Translations under genes and position numbers: made by a program
In this document: one piece after another, positions 35,991-49,152 of the stretch
How positions within the stretch are numbered: the first letter of the stretch is position 1
Layout of the letters: every line of letters starts with the position of its first letter
Assembly: GCF_963921235.1 (NCBI RefSeq)
Contig: NC_086097.1
Span: 9,982,001 to 10,046,000 of the forward strand
Direction: 5' to 3'
DNA length: 64,000 nt
Source of the DNA: Mobula hypostoma
Lineage: Eukaryota
The notes under the pieces: generated by a model
The model's database searches: none
Told to the model about the DNA's origin: nothing
What the model saw: only the letters and a program-made list of their open reading frames with translations

Positions 35991-38900
35991 GAAGCAGACA
36001 GGAAATTTTGTGGACGTGAGAAGGACACCCGCATGGTTTGTTGCCTCCCGGGTGCCAGGGTCCGGGATGTCTCTGACCAAGTGAACGACATCCTGGTACG
36101 AGAGGGAAAGCAACCAGAAGTCGTGATACATGTTGGGACCAACGACATAGGCAGGATGAGGGATGAGGTCCTGAAGTGTGTGTTTTGGGAACTAGGCAGA
36201 AGGCTGAAGAACAGGACCTCAAGGGTGACATTCTCAGCATTGCTGCCAGTGTTAAGTGACAGAGATGGAAAGAATTGGAGGAGATGGCAGTTGAATGCGT
36301 GGCTGAGGAGTTGGTGCAGGGAGCAGGGTTTTGGATTTTTGGATTATTGGGATCTCTTCTGGGGAAGTTGGGACCTGTACAGATTGGATGGCTTGCACCT
36401 GAACTGGAGGGGGATCAATAACATAGAAACATAGAAACATAGAAACATAGAAAATAGGTGCAGGAGTAGGCCATTCGGCCCTTCGAGCCTGCACCGCCAT
36501 TTATTATGATCATGGCTGATCATCCAACTCAGAACCCAGCCTTCCCTCCATACCCCGTGACCCCTGTAGCCACAAGGGCCATATCTAACTTCCTTTTAAA
36601 CATAGCTAATGAACTGGCCTCAACAGTTTGCTGTGGCAGAGAATTCCACAGATTCACCACTCTCTGTGTGAAGAAGTTTTTCCTAATCTCGGTCCTAAAA
36701 GGCTTCCCCTCTATCCTCAAACTGTGACCCCTCGTTCTAGACCTCCCCAACATCGGGAACAATCTTCCCGCATCTAGCCTGTCCAATCCCTTTAGGATCT
36801 TATACGTTTCAATCAGATCCCCCCTCAATCTTCTAAATTCCAACGAGTACAAGCCCAGTTCATCCAGTCTTTCTTCATATGAAAGACCTGCCATCCCAGG
36901 AATCAATCTGGTGAACCTTCTTTGTACTCCCTCTATGGCAAGGATGTCTTTCCTCAGATTAGGGGACCAAAACTGCACACAATACTCCAGGTGTGGTCTC
37001 ACCAAGGCCTTGTACAACTGCAGTAGTACCTCCCTGCTCCTGTACTCGAATCCTCTCGCTATAAATGCCAGCATACCGTTCGCCTTTTTCACCGCCTGCT
37101 GTACCTGCATGCCCACTTTCAATGACTGGTGTATAATGACACCCAGGTCTCGTTGCACCTCCCCTTTTCCTAATCGGCCACCATTCAGATAATAATCTGT
37201 TTTCCTATTTTTGCCACCAAAGTGGATAACTTCACATTTATCCACATTAAATTGCATCTGCCATGAGTTTGCCCACTCACCCAACCTATCCAAGTCACCC
37301 TGCATCCTCTTAGCATCCTCCTCACTGCTAACACTGCCGCCCAGCTTCGTGTCATCCGCAAACTTGGAGATGCTGCATTTAATTCCCTCATCCAAGTCAT
37401 TAATATATATTGTAAACAACTGGGGTCCCAGCACTGAGCCTTGCGGTACCCCACTAGTCACCGCCTGCCATTCTGAAAAGGTCCCGTTTATTCCCACTCT
37501 TTGCTTCCTGTCTGCTAACCAATTCTCCACCCACACCAATACCTTACCCCCAATACCATGTGCTTTAAGTTTGCACACTAATCTCCTGTGTGGGACCTTG
37601 TCAAAAGCCTTTTGAAAATCCAAATATACCACATCCACTGATTCTCCCCTATCCACTCTACTAGTTACATCCTCAAAAAATTCTATGAGATTCGTCAGAC
37701 ATGATTTTCCTTTCACAAATCCATGCTGACTTTGTCCGATCATTTCACCGCTTTCCAAATGTGCTGTTATCACATCCTTGATAACTGACTCCAGCAGTTT
37801 CCCCACCACCGACGTTAGGCTAACCGGCCTATAATTCCCCGGTTTCTCTCTCCCTCCTTTTTTAAAAAGTGGGGTTACATTAGCCACCCTCCAATCCTCA
37901 GGAACTAGTCCAGAATCTAACGAGTTTTGAAAAATTATCACTAATGCATCCACTATTTCTTGGGCCACTTCCTAGGTTCGCTGGCATGGTTCGGGAGGGT
38001 TTAAACTAATTTGCAAGGGGGATGGGACCCAGAGCGATAGAGCAGTGAAAGAAGTGCATGGAGTAAAGCCAGATCGAACATATAGAGAGGCTTTGAGGAA
38101 AGAAAAGCAGAATAAACGGTGTAAAGACAGTAAGGTAGAAGGGCTGAAATGTGTGTACCTCAATGCAAGAAGCATCAGGAACAAAGGTGATGAACTGAGA
38201 GCTTGGATACATACATGGAATTATGATGTAGTGGCCATTACAGAGACTTGGCTGGCACCAGGGCAGGAATGGATTCTCAATATTCCTGGATTTCAGTGCT
38301 TTAAAAGGGATAGAGAGGGCGGAAAAAGGGGAGGAGGGGTGGCATTACTGGTCTGGAATACTATTACAGCTACAGAAAGGGTGGGTAATATAGCAGGATC
38401 CTCTTTTGAGTCAATATGGGTGGAAGTCAGGAACAGGAAGGGAGCAGTTACTCTACTGGGGGTATTCTATAGTCCCCCTGGTATCAGCAGAGATACAGAG
38501 GAGCAGATTGGGAGGCAGATTTCGGAAAGGTGCAAAAATAACAGGGTTGTTATCATGGGTGACTTTAACTTCCCTAATATTGATTGGCACCTGATTAGTT
38601 CCAAGGGTTTAGATGGGGCAGAGTTTGTGAAGTGTGTCCCAGACAGATTCCTGTCACAGTATGTGGACAGGCCGACTAGGGGGAATACCATACTAGATCT
38701 AGTATTAGGTAATGAACCAGGTCAGGTCACAGCTCTATCAGTGGGTGAGCATCTGGGGAACAGTGACCACTGCTCCCTGGCTTTTAGCATTATCATGGAA
38801 AAGGATAGAATCAGAGAGGACAGGAAAATTTTTAATTGGGGAAGGGCAAATTATGAGGCTATAAGGCTAGAACTTGCGGGTGTGAATTGGGATGATGTTG

Positions 38901-40992
38901 TTGCAGGGAAATGTACTATGGATATGCGGTCGATGTTTAGAGATCTCTTGCAGGATGTTAGGGATAAATTTGTCCCGGTGAGGAAGATAAAGAATGGTAG
39001 GGTGAAGGAACCATGGGTGACAAGTGAGGTGGCATATCTAGTCAGGTGGAAGAAGGCAGCGTACATGAGGTTTAGGAAGCAGAGTCTATTAAGGAATATA
39101 GGGAAGCAAGAGAGGAGCTTAAGAAGGGGCTGAGAAGAGCAAGAAGGGGGCATGAGAAGGCCTTGGCGAGTAGGGTAAAGGAAAACCCCAAGGCATTCTT
39201 CAATTATGTGAAGAAAAAAAGGATGACAGGAGTGAAGGTAGGACCGATTAGAGATAAAGGGGGGAAGATGTGCCTGGAGGCTGTGGAAGTGAGCGAGGTC
39301 CTCAATGAATACTTCTCTTCGGTATTCACCAATGAGAGGGAACTTGATGAAGCTGAGGACAATATGAGTGAGGTTGATGTTCTGGAGCATGTTGATATTA
39401 AGGGAGAGGAGGTGTTGGAGTTGTTAAAATACATTAGGACGGATAAGTCCCCGGGGCCTGACGGAATATTCCCCAGGCTGCTCCACAAGGCGAGGGAAGA
39501 GATTACTGAGCCTCTGGCTAGGATCTTTATGGCCTCGTTGTCCACGAGAATGGTACCGGAGGATTGGAAGGAGGTGAATGTTGTCCCCTTGTTCAAAAAA
39601 GTTAGTAGGGATAGTTCGGGTAAGTATAGACCACTGAGCCTTACGTCTGTGGTGGGAAAGCTGTTGGAAAAGATTCTTAGAGATAGGATGTATAGGCATT
39701 TAGAGAATCATGGTCTGATCAGGGACAGTCAACATGGCTTTGTGAAGGGCAGATCGTGTCTAACAAGCCTGATAGAGTTCTTTGAGGAGGTGACCAGGCA
39801 TATAAATGAGGGTAGTGCAGTGGATGTGATCTATATGGATTTTAGTAAGGCATTTGACAAGGTTCCACATGGTAGGCTTATTCAGAAAGTCAGAAGGCAT
39901 GGGATCCAGGGAAGTTTGGCCAGGTGGATTCAGAATTGGCTTGCCTGCAGAAGGCAGAGGGTGGTGGTGGAGGGAGTACATTCAGATTGGAGGATTGTGA
40001 CTAGTGGTGTCCCAGAAGGATCTGTTCTGGGACCTCCACTTTTCGTGATTTTTATTAAGGACCTGGATGTGGGGGCAGAAGGGTGGGTTGGCAAGTTTGC
40101 AGACGACACAAAGGTTGGTGTTGTAGATAGTGTAGAGGATTGTCAAAGATTGCAGAGAGACATTGATAGGATACAGAAGTGGGCTGAGAAGTGGCAGATG
40201 CAGTTCAACCCGGAGAAGTGTGAGATGGTACACTTTGGAAGGACAAACTCCAAGGCAGAGTACAAAGTAAATGGCAGGATACCTGGCAGTGTGGAGGAGC
40301 AGAGGGATCTGGGGGTACATGTCCACAGATCCCTGAAAGTTGCCTCATAGGTGGATAGGGTAGTTAAGAAAGCTTATGGGGTGTTAGCTTTCATAAGTCG
40401 AGGGATAGAGTTTAAGAGTCGCGATGTAATGATGCAGCTCTATAAAACTCTGGTTAGGCCACACTTGGGGTACTGTGTCCAGTTCTGGTCGCCTCACTAT
40501 AGGAAGGATGTGGAAGCATTGGAAAGGGTACAGAGAAGATCTACCAGGATGCTGCCTGGTTTAGATAGTATGCATTATGATCAGAGATTAAGGGAGCTAG
40601 GGCTTTACTCTTTGGAGAGAAGGAAGATGAGAGGAGACATGATAGAGGTGTACAAGATAATAAGAGGAATAGATAGAGTGGATAGCCAGTGCCTCTTCCC
40701 CAGGGCACCACTGCTCAATACAAGAGGACATGGCTTTAAGGTAAGGGGTGGGAAGTTCTAGGGGGATATTAGAGGAAGGTTTTTCACTCAGAGAGTGGTT
40801 GGTGCGTGGAATGCACTGCCTGAGTCAGTGGTGGAGGCAGATACACTAGTGAAGTTTAAGAGACTACTAGACAGGTATATGGAGGAATTTAAGTTGGGGG
40901 TTTATATGGGAGGCAGGGTTTGAGGGTCGGCAGAACATTGTGGGCCAAAGGGCCTGTACTGTGCTGTACTGTTCTATGTTCTATGTTCTATG
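35991..40992 (+). mobile_element. Near-full-length CR1 (ORF1 esterase + ORF2 APE-RT), split by a nested CR1
   Basis: ORF1 VCCLPGARVRDV...IHVGTND...DGLHLN. ORF2 38045-40860 (YLNARSI, ITETWL, GDFN, DFSKAFD, KFADD) with few lesions. (gttctat)n tail. Confidence 0.95.
36420..37973 (-). mobile_element. Young CR1, 5'-truncated, with uninterrupted 479-aa RT ORF
   Basis: ORF 36529-37968. (acatagaa)4 tail. Inserted in ORF1 of the plus-strand CR1. Confidence 0.96.
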
Positions 40993-42081
40993 CTTACCAA
41001 TATTCCTCTATTTTTCCAAGCTCCATGTACCTATCCAAAAGTCTCTTAAAAGACCCTGTCGGATCGGCCTCCACCACCATTGCTGGCAGCCCATTCCATG
41101 CACTCACCACTCTCTGAGTGAAAAACTTACCCCTGACATCTCCTCTGTACCTACTCCCCAGCACCTTAAACCTGTGTCCTCTTGTGGCAACCATTTCAGC
41201 CCCGGGAAAAAGCCTCTGACTATCCACACGACCAATGCCTCTCATCATCTTATACACCTCTATCAGGTCACCTCTCATCCTCCGTTGCTCCAAGGAGAAA
41301 AGGCCGAGTTCACTCAACCTGTTTTCATAAGGCATGCTCCCCGATCCAGGCAACATTCTTGTAAATCTCCTCTGCACCCTTTTTATGGTTTCCACATCCT
41401 TCCTCTAGAGATGTGACCAGAACTGAGCACAGTAGTCCAAGTGTGGTCTGACCAGTGTCCTATATAGCTGCAACATTACCTCTCAGCACCTAAATTCAAT
41501 TCCACGATTTATGAAGGCCAATACATCGTATGCCTTCTTAACCATAGAGTCAACTTGCACAGCTGCTTTGAGCGTCCTATGGACTCGGACCCCAAGATCC
41601 CTCTGATCCTCCACACTGGCAAGAGTCTTACCATTAACACTATATTCTCCCATCATATTTGACCTACCAAAATGAACAACTTCACACCTATCTGGGTTGA
41701 ACTCCATCTGCCACTTCTCAGCCTGGTTTTGCATTTTTTCAATGTCTCGCTGTAACCTCTGACAGCCCTCCACACCATCCACAACACCTCCAACCTTTGT
41801 GTCATCAGCAAACTTACTGACCCATCCCTCCACTTCCTCATCCAGGTCTTTTATAAGAATCATAAAGAGTAAGGGTCCCAGAACAGATCCCTGAGGCACA
41901 CCACAGTTCACCACCTCCATGCAAAATATGACCCGTCTACAACCACTCTTTGCCTTCTGTAGGCAAGCCAGTTCTGGATCCACAAAGCAATGTCCCCTTG
42001 GATCACATGCCTCCTTTTTTTCTCAATAAGCCTTGCATAGGGTACCTTATCAAATACCTTGCTGAAATCCATGTACACTAC
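40993..42081 (-). mobile_element. CR1 3' fragment (same family as 500-3950)
   Basis: GVPQGSVLGP, KFADDTK, RRMRGDLIEVYK. The 3' UTR is missing at the junction. Confidence 0.9.
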
Positions 42082-42409
42082 AATTATAGAAATACACTAT
42101 TATTATGGAAATTTCAATTCCCATTCATGTGAATGCTAACTTCCTTTACAGGCATATGAGAATAATACATTTTGAATGTCATTGTTTGCCACGTTGATAT
42201 GATATAATTGGAATGATTTTCCTCAATCTGTGATATGCTTGCAAATAATTTAGTGATGTTTCTGATAATGTACTCATCGTCCCCTTGTAATTACACACAG
42301 CAGGCTGGAAAGAGTGGCTTCATTTGATGAATTGCTAAAATTCCCAGTCAATTGAAATGTGACATAAATACTCTGAAATCGATTGCAGTTTCTTAGTATT
42401 TACGTCACA

Positions 42410-42738
42410 AGGGTAAATGCAAGCAGGCTTTTTTCCACTGACGCTGGGTGGAACTATAACGAGAGGTCATGGGTTAAAGGTGAAAATCATACAGTTTAAG
42501 GGGAACTTGAAGGGAAACCTCTTCACTCAGAGGATTGTGGGAGTGTGGAACAAGCTGCCAGCACAAATACTACATGCCAGCTTGCTTTCAATGTTTTAGC
42601 AAATGTTAGATAGGTACATGAATGGTAGGGGTCCCGGCACAGGTCGATGGGTGTAGACAGTTTAAATGGTTTGGCATGGACCAGATGAGCCAAATGGCCT
42701 GTTTCTGTGCTATACTTTTCTATGACTCTATGACTCTA
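42410..42738 (+). mobile_element. CR1 3' fragment
   Basis: TRGHGLKVK...NLFTQRIVGVWN. (ctatgact)n tail. Confidence 0.8.
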
Positions 42739-43292
42739 AGACAATCATTTATTTCAAAAGTTTTCTTTTCCTGATTATTTATTTTTTCTTGTGCATTGCA
42801 AATGATAACTTGACAAAATTAATTATTAATTCAATAACAAAAAAATTAAGGATGACTGACCTTTAAGTCGCACATGCCTTCTTAAAATCTTTATAATCAG
42901 AAGTGAAGCTGCTCATTAAATGGAGACAGACTTTAAACCAATCTGACAGCAGTATTCACTGCTGTTAGTAGCAATAAATTTACTAGATCTGCACTCAGTG
43001 CTTGATGGTGCTAAAAGTGCATCAATAGACAGCAAATGCTTTCAACATGAAAGAAGTCAATACACAATAAATTCAAAGCTATCTGTTATAAGCAGAAAAA
43101 GTAGCAGTGCCAAGTGGAGTCCATAAATTAAAATTAGACATTTTTGTTGCAATAGCAACCTGTGTAAGTGAGTTAGTTGTATGCCATATTAAAAGCCATA
43201 TCTGCCAGTTTTCACAGATGATAGTGCTAGTTAAGGTTAACAAATACATATTTATGGCAAATTATATTTAAAAGTTGTGGAAGAATATAATA

Positions 43293-43790
43293 TACTTTCA
43301 GTGGACACTTTATTAGGTACCTCCTATACCTAATAAAGTGGCCGCTGATTGCATGTCTGTGGTCTTCACTTCAAGATTCGGCGTGTTATGCTCTTCTGCA
43401 CGTCACTGTTGAAACATGTGAGCTACTGTCACATTTCTGCCAGCTTGAACCACTCTGGTCATTCTTCTCCGACTTCTCTCGTTAACAAGGTGTTTTCACC
43501 CACAGAACTGCTGCTGAGTGGATTTTTTTTGTTTTCCATCCCATTCTATGTAAACTTTAGAGACAGGTATGTGTGAAAATCCCAAGAGGCAAGCAATTTA
43601 TCAGATAATCAAACAACCCCTTCACATGGATGATATTTCTTCCCCTCCCCGCTCCATTTGTTGACAACAACTACCAAACCTCCTGACCATGTAGGCATGC
43701 TTTTTATGCATTGAGTTGCTGCCACGTGATTGGCTGATTAGATATTTGCGTTAATAAGTAGGTATTACCTAATAAAACTCTCACTGAGTA
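43293..43790. mobile_element. Tc1/mariner-type non-autonomous element
   Basis: Ends cagtggacactttattaggta...tacctaataaaactctcactgag, in TA-rich flanks. Confidence 0.7.
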
Positions 43791-44164
43791 TATATACTTT
43801 CAGAAAACACATTTTCTGATGAACCAAAGCAACTGCTGTTGGTGTATTACACAAAGGGATAATTGACAATGATTTATAGGACTTCAAAGAAAGCAGCTCA
43901 CAATGTTTTTAGTCAGGCACTAAAAAGTGTTCTACTTTCAGCACAGTGATCCTTCCAATAACATTAATTAGCATAAAGATCATTTAAGTCTAATGATGAG
44001 GCACCTAAACCTCAGACAGAGTTGGCAGAGGCTGAACCAGCTACAAACAAAGCGATAATATTTAGTGATCCAGCCAATCTGACATGAGAAAAACGTTATC
44101 GATTTGAAATGTTAACCAATGTTTTCTCTCACTTTGTGAGGATCTTTCTGCTTTGATTAACTGT

Positions 44165-44935
44165 GTGAAAACTATTTCGGACCCAGAGGATCTTGCCAAG
44201 GAAATAAGATGGTTACGCATGATGTTCCTTCAGAACGGTGAAGGAAATCAATTGGACCCTTAAAAGGCCAATGAAAAAAAACAGGAAATCCAGCAATGAG
44301 GAGGAACCCATCACTAATGCCTGTCTTCCCTATATTCCACAATTTCTGGTTAGGATCACCAGGATTCTAAAGAAACACTGGATTAGTACCATCCGCAAAT
44401 CCTTAAGGAAGCACAAATCTCAGATTTTGCAGATGAAAGATGACCTGGGGCTCGGGTCAGCTAGTGTTTACAGAACTCCCTGTGAATGCGGAGCCAGATG
44501 CAACGCACAGTGGAAACCTGCATTAAGGAGCACAGGAGATGTATCCGTTTGGATTAGCCGGAGAAATTGGCAGTAGCAGGACATTGCATTCGCAATAGCC
44601 ATAAGATTGACTTTGACGACACAAAGCTACTATGCCACACCAACTGGTTTTGGGACTGCCTGGTAAAGGAAACCATTGAAATGAAACTAGAACAAAAGAA
44701 TTTTAACAAAGATGAAGGTCTCACTCTTAGTAAGAACAGGAATTCAACTTAAACCAAGGTGGGAGAGCAGAAACCTTATTGGATGAGGACTAACTAATCA
44801 GGAGGGATGTTCTACGAGGACATAACTGCCACCAGACTAGATGTGCCTAGGCATCATCCCTGATAAAGGTGGCGGGGTTTATTGTCGAAACATTGGTTAT
44901 AATCTATACCTGTACCCAACTAGAAACCAAAGAAA
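44165..44935 (+). mobile_element. Decayed Penelope-like element of a different family
   Basis: ACLPYIP...VYRTPCECG...AVAGHC...ETIEMKL...NFNKDEG. Degenerate hammerhead cctgataaa...gaaac at ~44858-44891. Confidence 0.75.
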
Positions 44936-45499
44936 ATTTTTTACTTCATATCTGCTGGGTAAGCACCAGATCCTTTTGCAAGAGTGTAAAGTTTTAAGGA
45001 AAGTGAATGGTATCTTAAAAATGATCTGAGGGAAAAATATAGAGAAAGAGGTTGATATTTTGAATGCACTATCAGAGGAGCTGGTAGAATCAGATACAAT
45101 CACTATGTTTAAGAGGTCGGTAAATAGGCAAGGCATTGGAGGATATTGACTCAATGTGGGCAAACGGGAATTAGCTTAGGTGAGTCAAAGAACACATTTC
45201 TATTTTGTAAGACTGTGATATATTTTGTTTGCTTTTCTACATGAATGTAAATTGTTGTTCTTGCATAATATTATGTTGTTTTTGTATAATATTATACAAA
45301 TTATTATACAAATCTTCAAAAAGAATCTTGGAAAGAAAAAGGGTAAAGTGCTGTAAATTTAATCAAAAGCTTGTACAAGCATAACCTAGAGTAGGAAAAG
45401 TGTGCAAGGTGAGCACACAAAAAACAAGGTTTAATATCAAGAACTGTGTATAGAATTAATGAGTTTTACTTCCCAAATAAATTGAGCATAGTTGACAGG

Positions 45500-46070
45500 A
45501 GAGATGTATAAGATATTGGTGATTCCTAATTTGAAGTATTAAGTGCAGTTTTGGTCACACATCTTTCCTGTAGGTAGGTGACCAAAACTGCACTTAATAC
45601 TTCAAATCAGGTTGAAAGAGTACAGGGAAAATTTACAAGGAATTTGCCCAGGTTTGGAGGACCAGAGTTATAAGGAAAGATTGAATAGGTTAGGATTTTA
45701 TTTCTTGGAACATAGAAAACTGAGAGCTGATTTGTTAGAGGTATACAAAATTATGAGGGGTATAGCTGGGTAAATATAAGCTGGCTTTTTCCACTGAGTT
45801 GTGTGGGACTACAACTAGAGATCATGGGTTAAGGGTGAAAGGTAAAAATTTTAAGGGGAAGCTTCTTCACTCAGAGGGTCACAAGAGTGGTGTATGCAGG
45901 CTCGATTTCAATATTGAAGCAAAGTTTGGATAGGTGTATGATGGTAGGGATATGGAGGGCTATGGTCCTGGTGCAGGTCAATGGGAGTAGGCAGTTTAAA
46001 TGGGTTGGTACAGATTAGATGGGCTGAAGAACATGTTTCTGTGCTGTACTTTTCGATGAATCTATGACTT
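45500..46070 (+). mobile_element. CR1 3' fragment containing an internal fold-back
   Basis: Decayed VQFWS...ERVQGKFTR...LGFYFLEHRKLRADLLEVYKIMRG. Confidence 0.8.
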
Positions 46071-47814
46071 TATTGGGGCTGAGGCATGGTGAAATGGCGG
46101 AGTGGACTTGATTGGCCAAATGGCCTGATTCTGCTCCTATATCTAAATAGCAAACCTATGGAAAATAAGCTACGGTAGCATAATTGGGTGCCGCAGTGGT
46201 ATAGCCTGATGCTATTACAGCTTGGGGCATCGGAGTTCGTGGTTCAATTTCAACCTTGTCTCTAAGGAATTTGTCTCTAAAGAAATAACAAGGATTGAAA
46301 AAGCATTTTATTTAAGTCAGCATTACCTTCAAAATTCAATATTCAAAGTTCAAAGTAGACGTTCTGTCCAGGAGACGCAAGGCTTAGCTCACTACACCTG
46401 CTTTATTACTGCTCAAGATGTAGTGTAAGCCAATGGGTTGTTTACTTCAGGTTGTTTCAAACAGACAAATTGACTCTTAATTTGCTTAGTTTAAGGAAGC
46501 TTATGGAACAGATGGAGAATAATATTTAGCTTATCAATAACTTTGGCGTGTTTACAGTGGGAAGGTTTTATATGCTCAAGGAAGTTATGGTAGGTAGCTG
46601 AAGAACTATATCTTCAAAATGCTTTTAGACCATTTGTGTAGAAAGGACATCTGAAGAAATATCATAAGCATATGAAGTTACCCCAGTGGTAGAAAAAGGG
46701 TATAAATGTTGAGAGCAGTTCAGGCTTATTAGGAGTGCTTGAAGAACATTAAGAAGAATAGTAGAAAGATGGGGTGAATCAAATCTATTCCTCTAGCTTC
46801 AGTTTCTGTGATGGATGACCTACTTGTCTACATTGTGATATGTCTTTTTAGTTTATAGAAATTGAGTTTAAGAAATGCTTTGTGTTTTAGAAATGGTTTG
46901 TATTTAGGAAATAAATGTTTAAGACAGAAATCCTCTGTGAGTTTTAAATGTGTTTTAAGAATATGTAGCTTCACACGTGTATTACTGTAAATAACTGAAG
47001 TGTGCATTTAACCTACTTTGTTAGCTGGAACCCCTTGGTAGGGAGGAGGGACCCACCATTCAAATAGTAGCAGGTAAAATCATCACAGCGAGTTAACAGT
47101 GAAGTAAACTAGTCTTTGAAGATTAGGTATTTAAAATATAACCTCCCTTTAGTGAGAGTATTTGTGGCAATTTATATCTCATAGGACTTAAAATCTTTGT
47201 TTGAGTTTAGAAACTTCATGTTCAGCAAACCTAATGCTATCACAGTATCACATCCCATAAAATGGCCGGTTGAATGCCTTTCTATGCCTTTCATCATCTT
47301 GAACTATCCAAAACACAGTGCTTTATGCTCTCCACAGTGGAACTTTTCAAAAATACCTGATCTTGCTGATGTGCAACCGCACTGTTAGATCCAGTTCAAA
47401 CTGAATCAGCAAGTTCACTGATGACACAACAGTGGTTGGCCTCATTAGCAACATTGAGGAGCTGATGTACAGGCAAAAGAAAGGGTGACTGGTAGAATGC
47501 TGAAAGGCCTACTCAGAGTAGATGTGGAAAGGATGTTTCCTGTTAAGGATCCGGCCTGAACACTGGATCGAAGGGCCTCTGCTGGTAGCTCTGGATCACG
47601 ACAGTCTTTAATTTCTGTTTTCTTTCACCTGGCCATGTGGGTTCTGGCCCAGCCCCTTTCCTTTATTGGACTTCCTCCAATTACCTGCTTGTCTCCTCAT
47701 TTGCACCCACCTGTTTCTAATTTTCACTCATTACCCTGTCCATTTAAACCCTACCTTGACTAGCATTCTCTGCTGATAGTTGGTTGGAGAAGGGGGAGGA
47801 GGTGGCAGCTGGCT

Positions 47815-49110
47815 GTGTTTTGCTTGATGTGTGTATGTGGTTTGGAACCTGTTGAGGGAAAGAGGGGGGAGAAGGAATGGAAATTGCTGGGAGGGGGTTG
47901 TGTGGGTCTGGTAATGGTGGACAAGATAAGAGGTGGGGTTCAGGGAAAGAAAGTGGAGAAGGAGAGGGATAGAGACTTGGGACCAGAGGTAGGTAGCTGG
48001 GGAGAGGTGGATTATTGTGAAGGGAGAAATAAAGGGAATGAGGAGGTAATGAGGGGTCAGATGAATAAAAACCAAGATAAAGGGAATAAAAGAATAAGAA
48101 ATGATAGTGGAGAGAGCTCTGAAAGTGAGGAAGATGAACAAGCTCAGAGAGGGGGTGTTGTCATAATTAGGTTTAATGAGAAGGCTCAGGGACATGTGAA
48201 GAAAATTAACCTGTTTGTGCTAACAACAACTCTGACAAATAAGATAGGGGAAATAGTATTTGCAGAAGTCCTTAATGATAGCAACTTATTGGTAAGATGT
48301 GCAAATGAAGAACAACTTGAGAAAGCACTCAAGCTAAAAGAGATAGGAAAAGACAAGGTGGAATACACTGGGAGGGTGGGAGCACAAAACAGTGGTTGTA
48401 AAGGAGTGATCACGGGGATACCAATGAGTATAAATATGGAGGAGATAAAGAGGAATATCAAAGGAGGGAAAGTAATGAATGTTCAAAGACTGAAAACAAC
48501 AAAGGAGGGAGTGAAAAAGGAAAGTGAATCTGTATTGATTGAATTTGAAGAAGAAAGAGTGCCAAGGAAGGTGTTCCTGGGTTTCATGAGTTACCCAGTA
48601 AGGGTGTATGTGCCAAAACCACTGAGGTGCTATAATTGTCAAAGGTTTGGACACGTGGCTAAAAACTGTAAAAGGCAGAGGACATGTGCTAGATGTGGGG
48701 GTGATCATGAATATGGAAAGTGCAGAACAGGAGTTCAACCAAAATGCTGCAATTGTGGAGGAGCTCATAATGTTGCATATAGTGGGTGTGAGGTTGTCAG
48801 ATGAGAGACTAAAATTCAAGAAATAAGAGTGAAAAGAAAGATCACTTATGCAGAAGCTGTAAGAATGTCAAGAGAACAGAATAATGCTCCTAATGAACAG
48901 GGAGCAGTAGGGATACGAGAGATGCAACAAAGAACAAATGACAGGATTTATGTAGACAAAAAGGCTCTAGTAACATTCATTGCAGGAGTGAATAATAGTA
49001 CGGCTGAGATAAAGTCAAAAAGTGACAATTCAGCTGGTGGTAAAAGCAGCAGTAAACCATTTAGGGTTACTAGGACTGACATGGGAGGAAGTGAGGAAGA
49101 ACCTCAGTAA
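47815..49110 (+). pseudogene. Nimb ORF1 (gag-like, three zinc knuckles), disrupted
   Basis: CYNCQRFGHVAKNC, CARCGGDHEYGKC, CCNCGGAHNVAYSGC. Stop at 48802. Confidence 0.88.
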
Positions 49111-49152
49111 TTAGTCAAGCCAGGAAGTGTCATGTGTTGGTTAATACTAATT

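Noticed and set aside
35808..36434. 208-aa and 155-aa ORFs that look like GIY-YIG/esterase fusion proteins
   Set aside because: Chance read-through across the Penelope(-)/CR1(+) junction; half of each ORF is antisense.
45262..45312. Short AT-rich palindromes (tttgtataatattatacaaa)
   Set aside because: Low complexity; consistent with local slippage.
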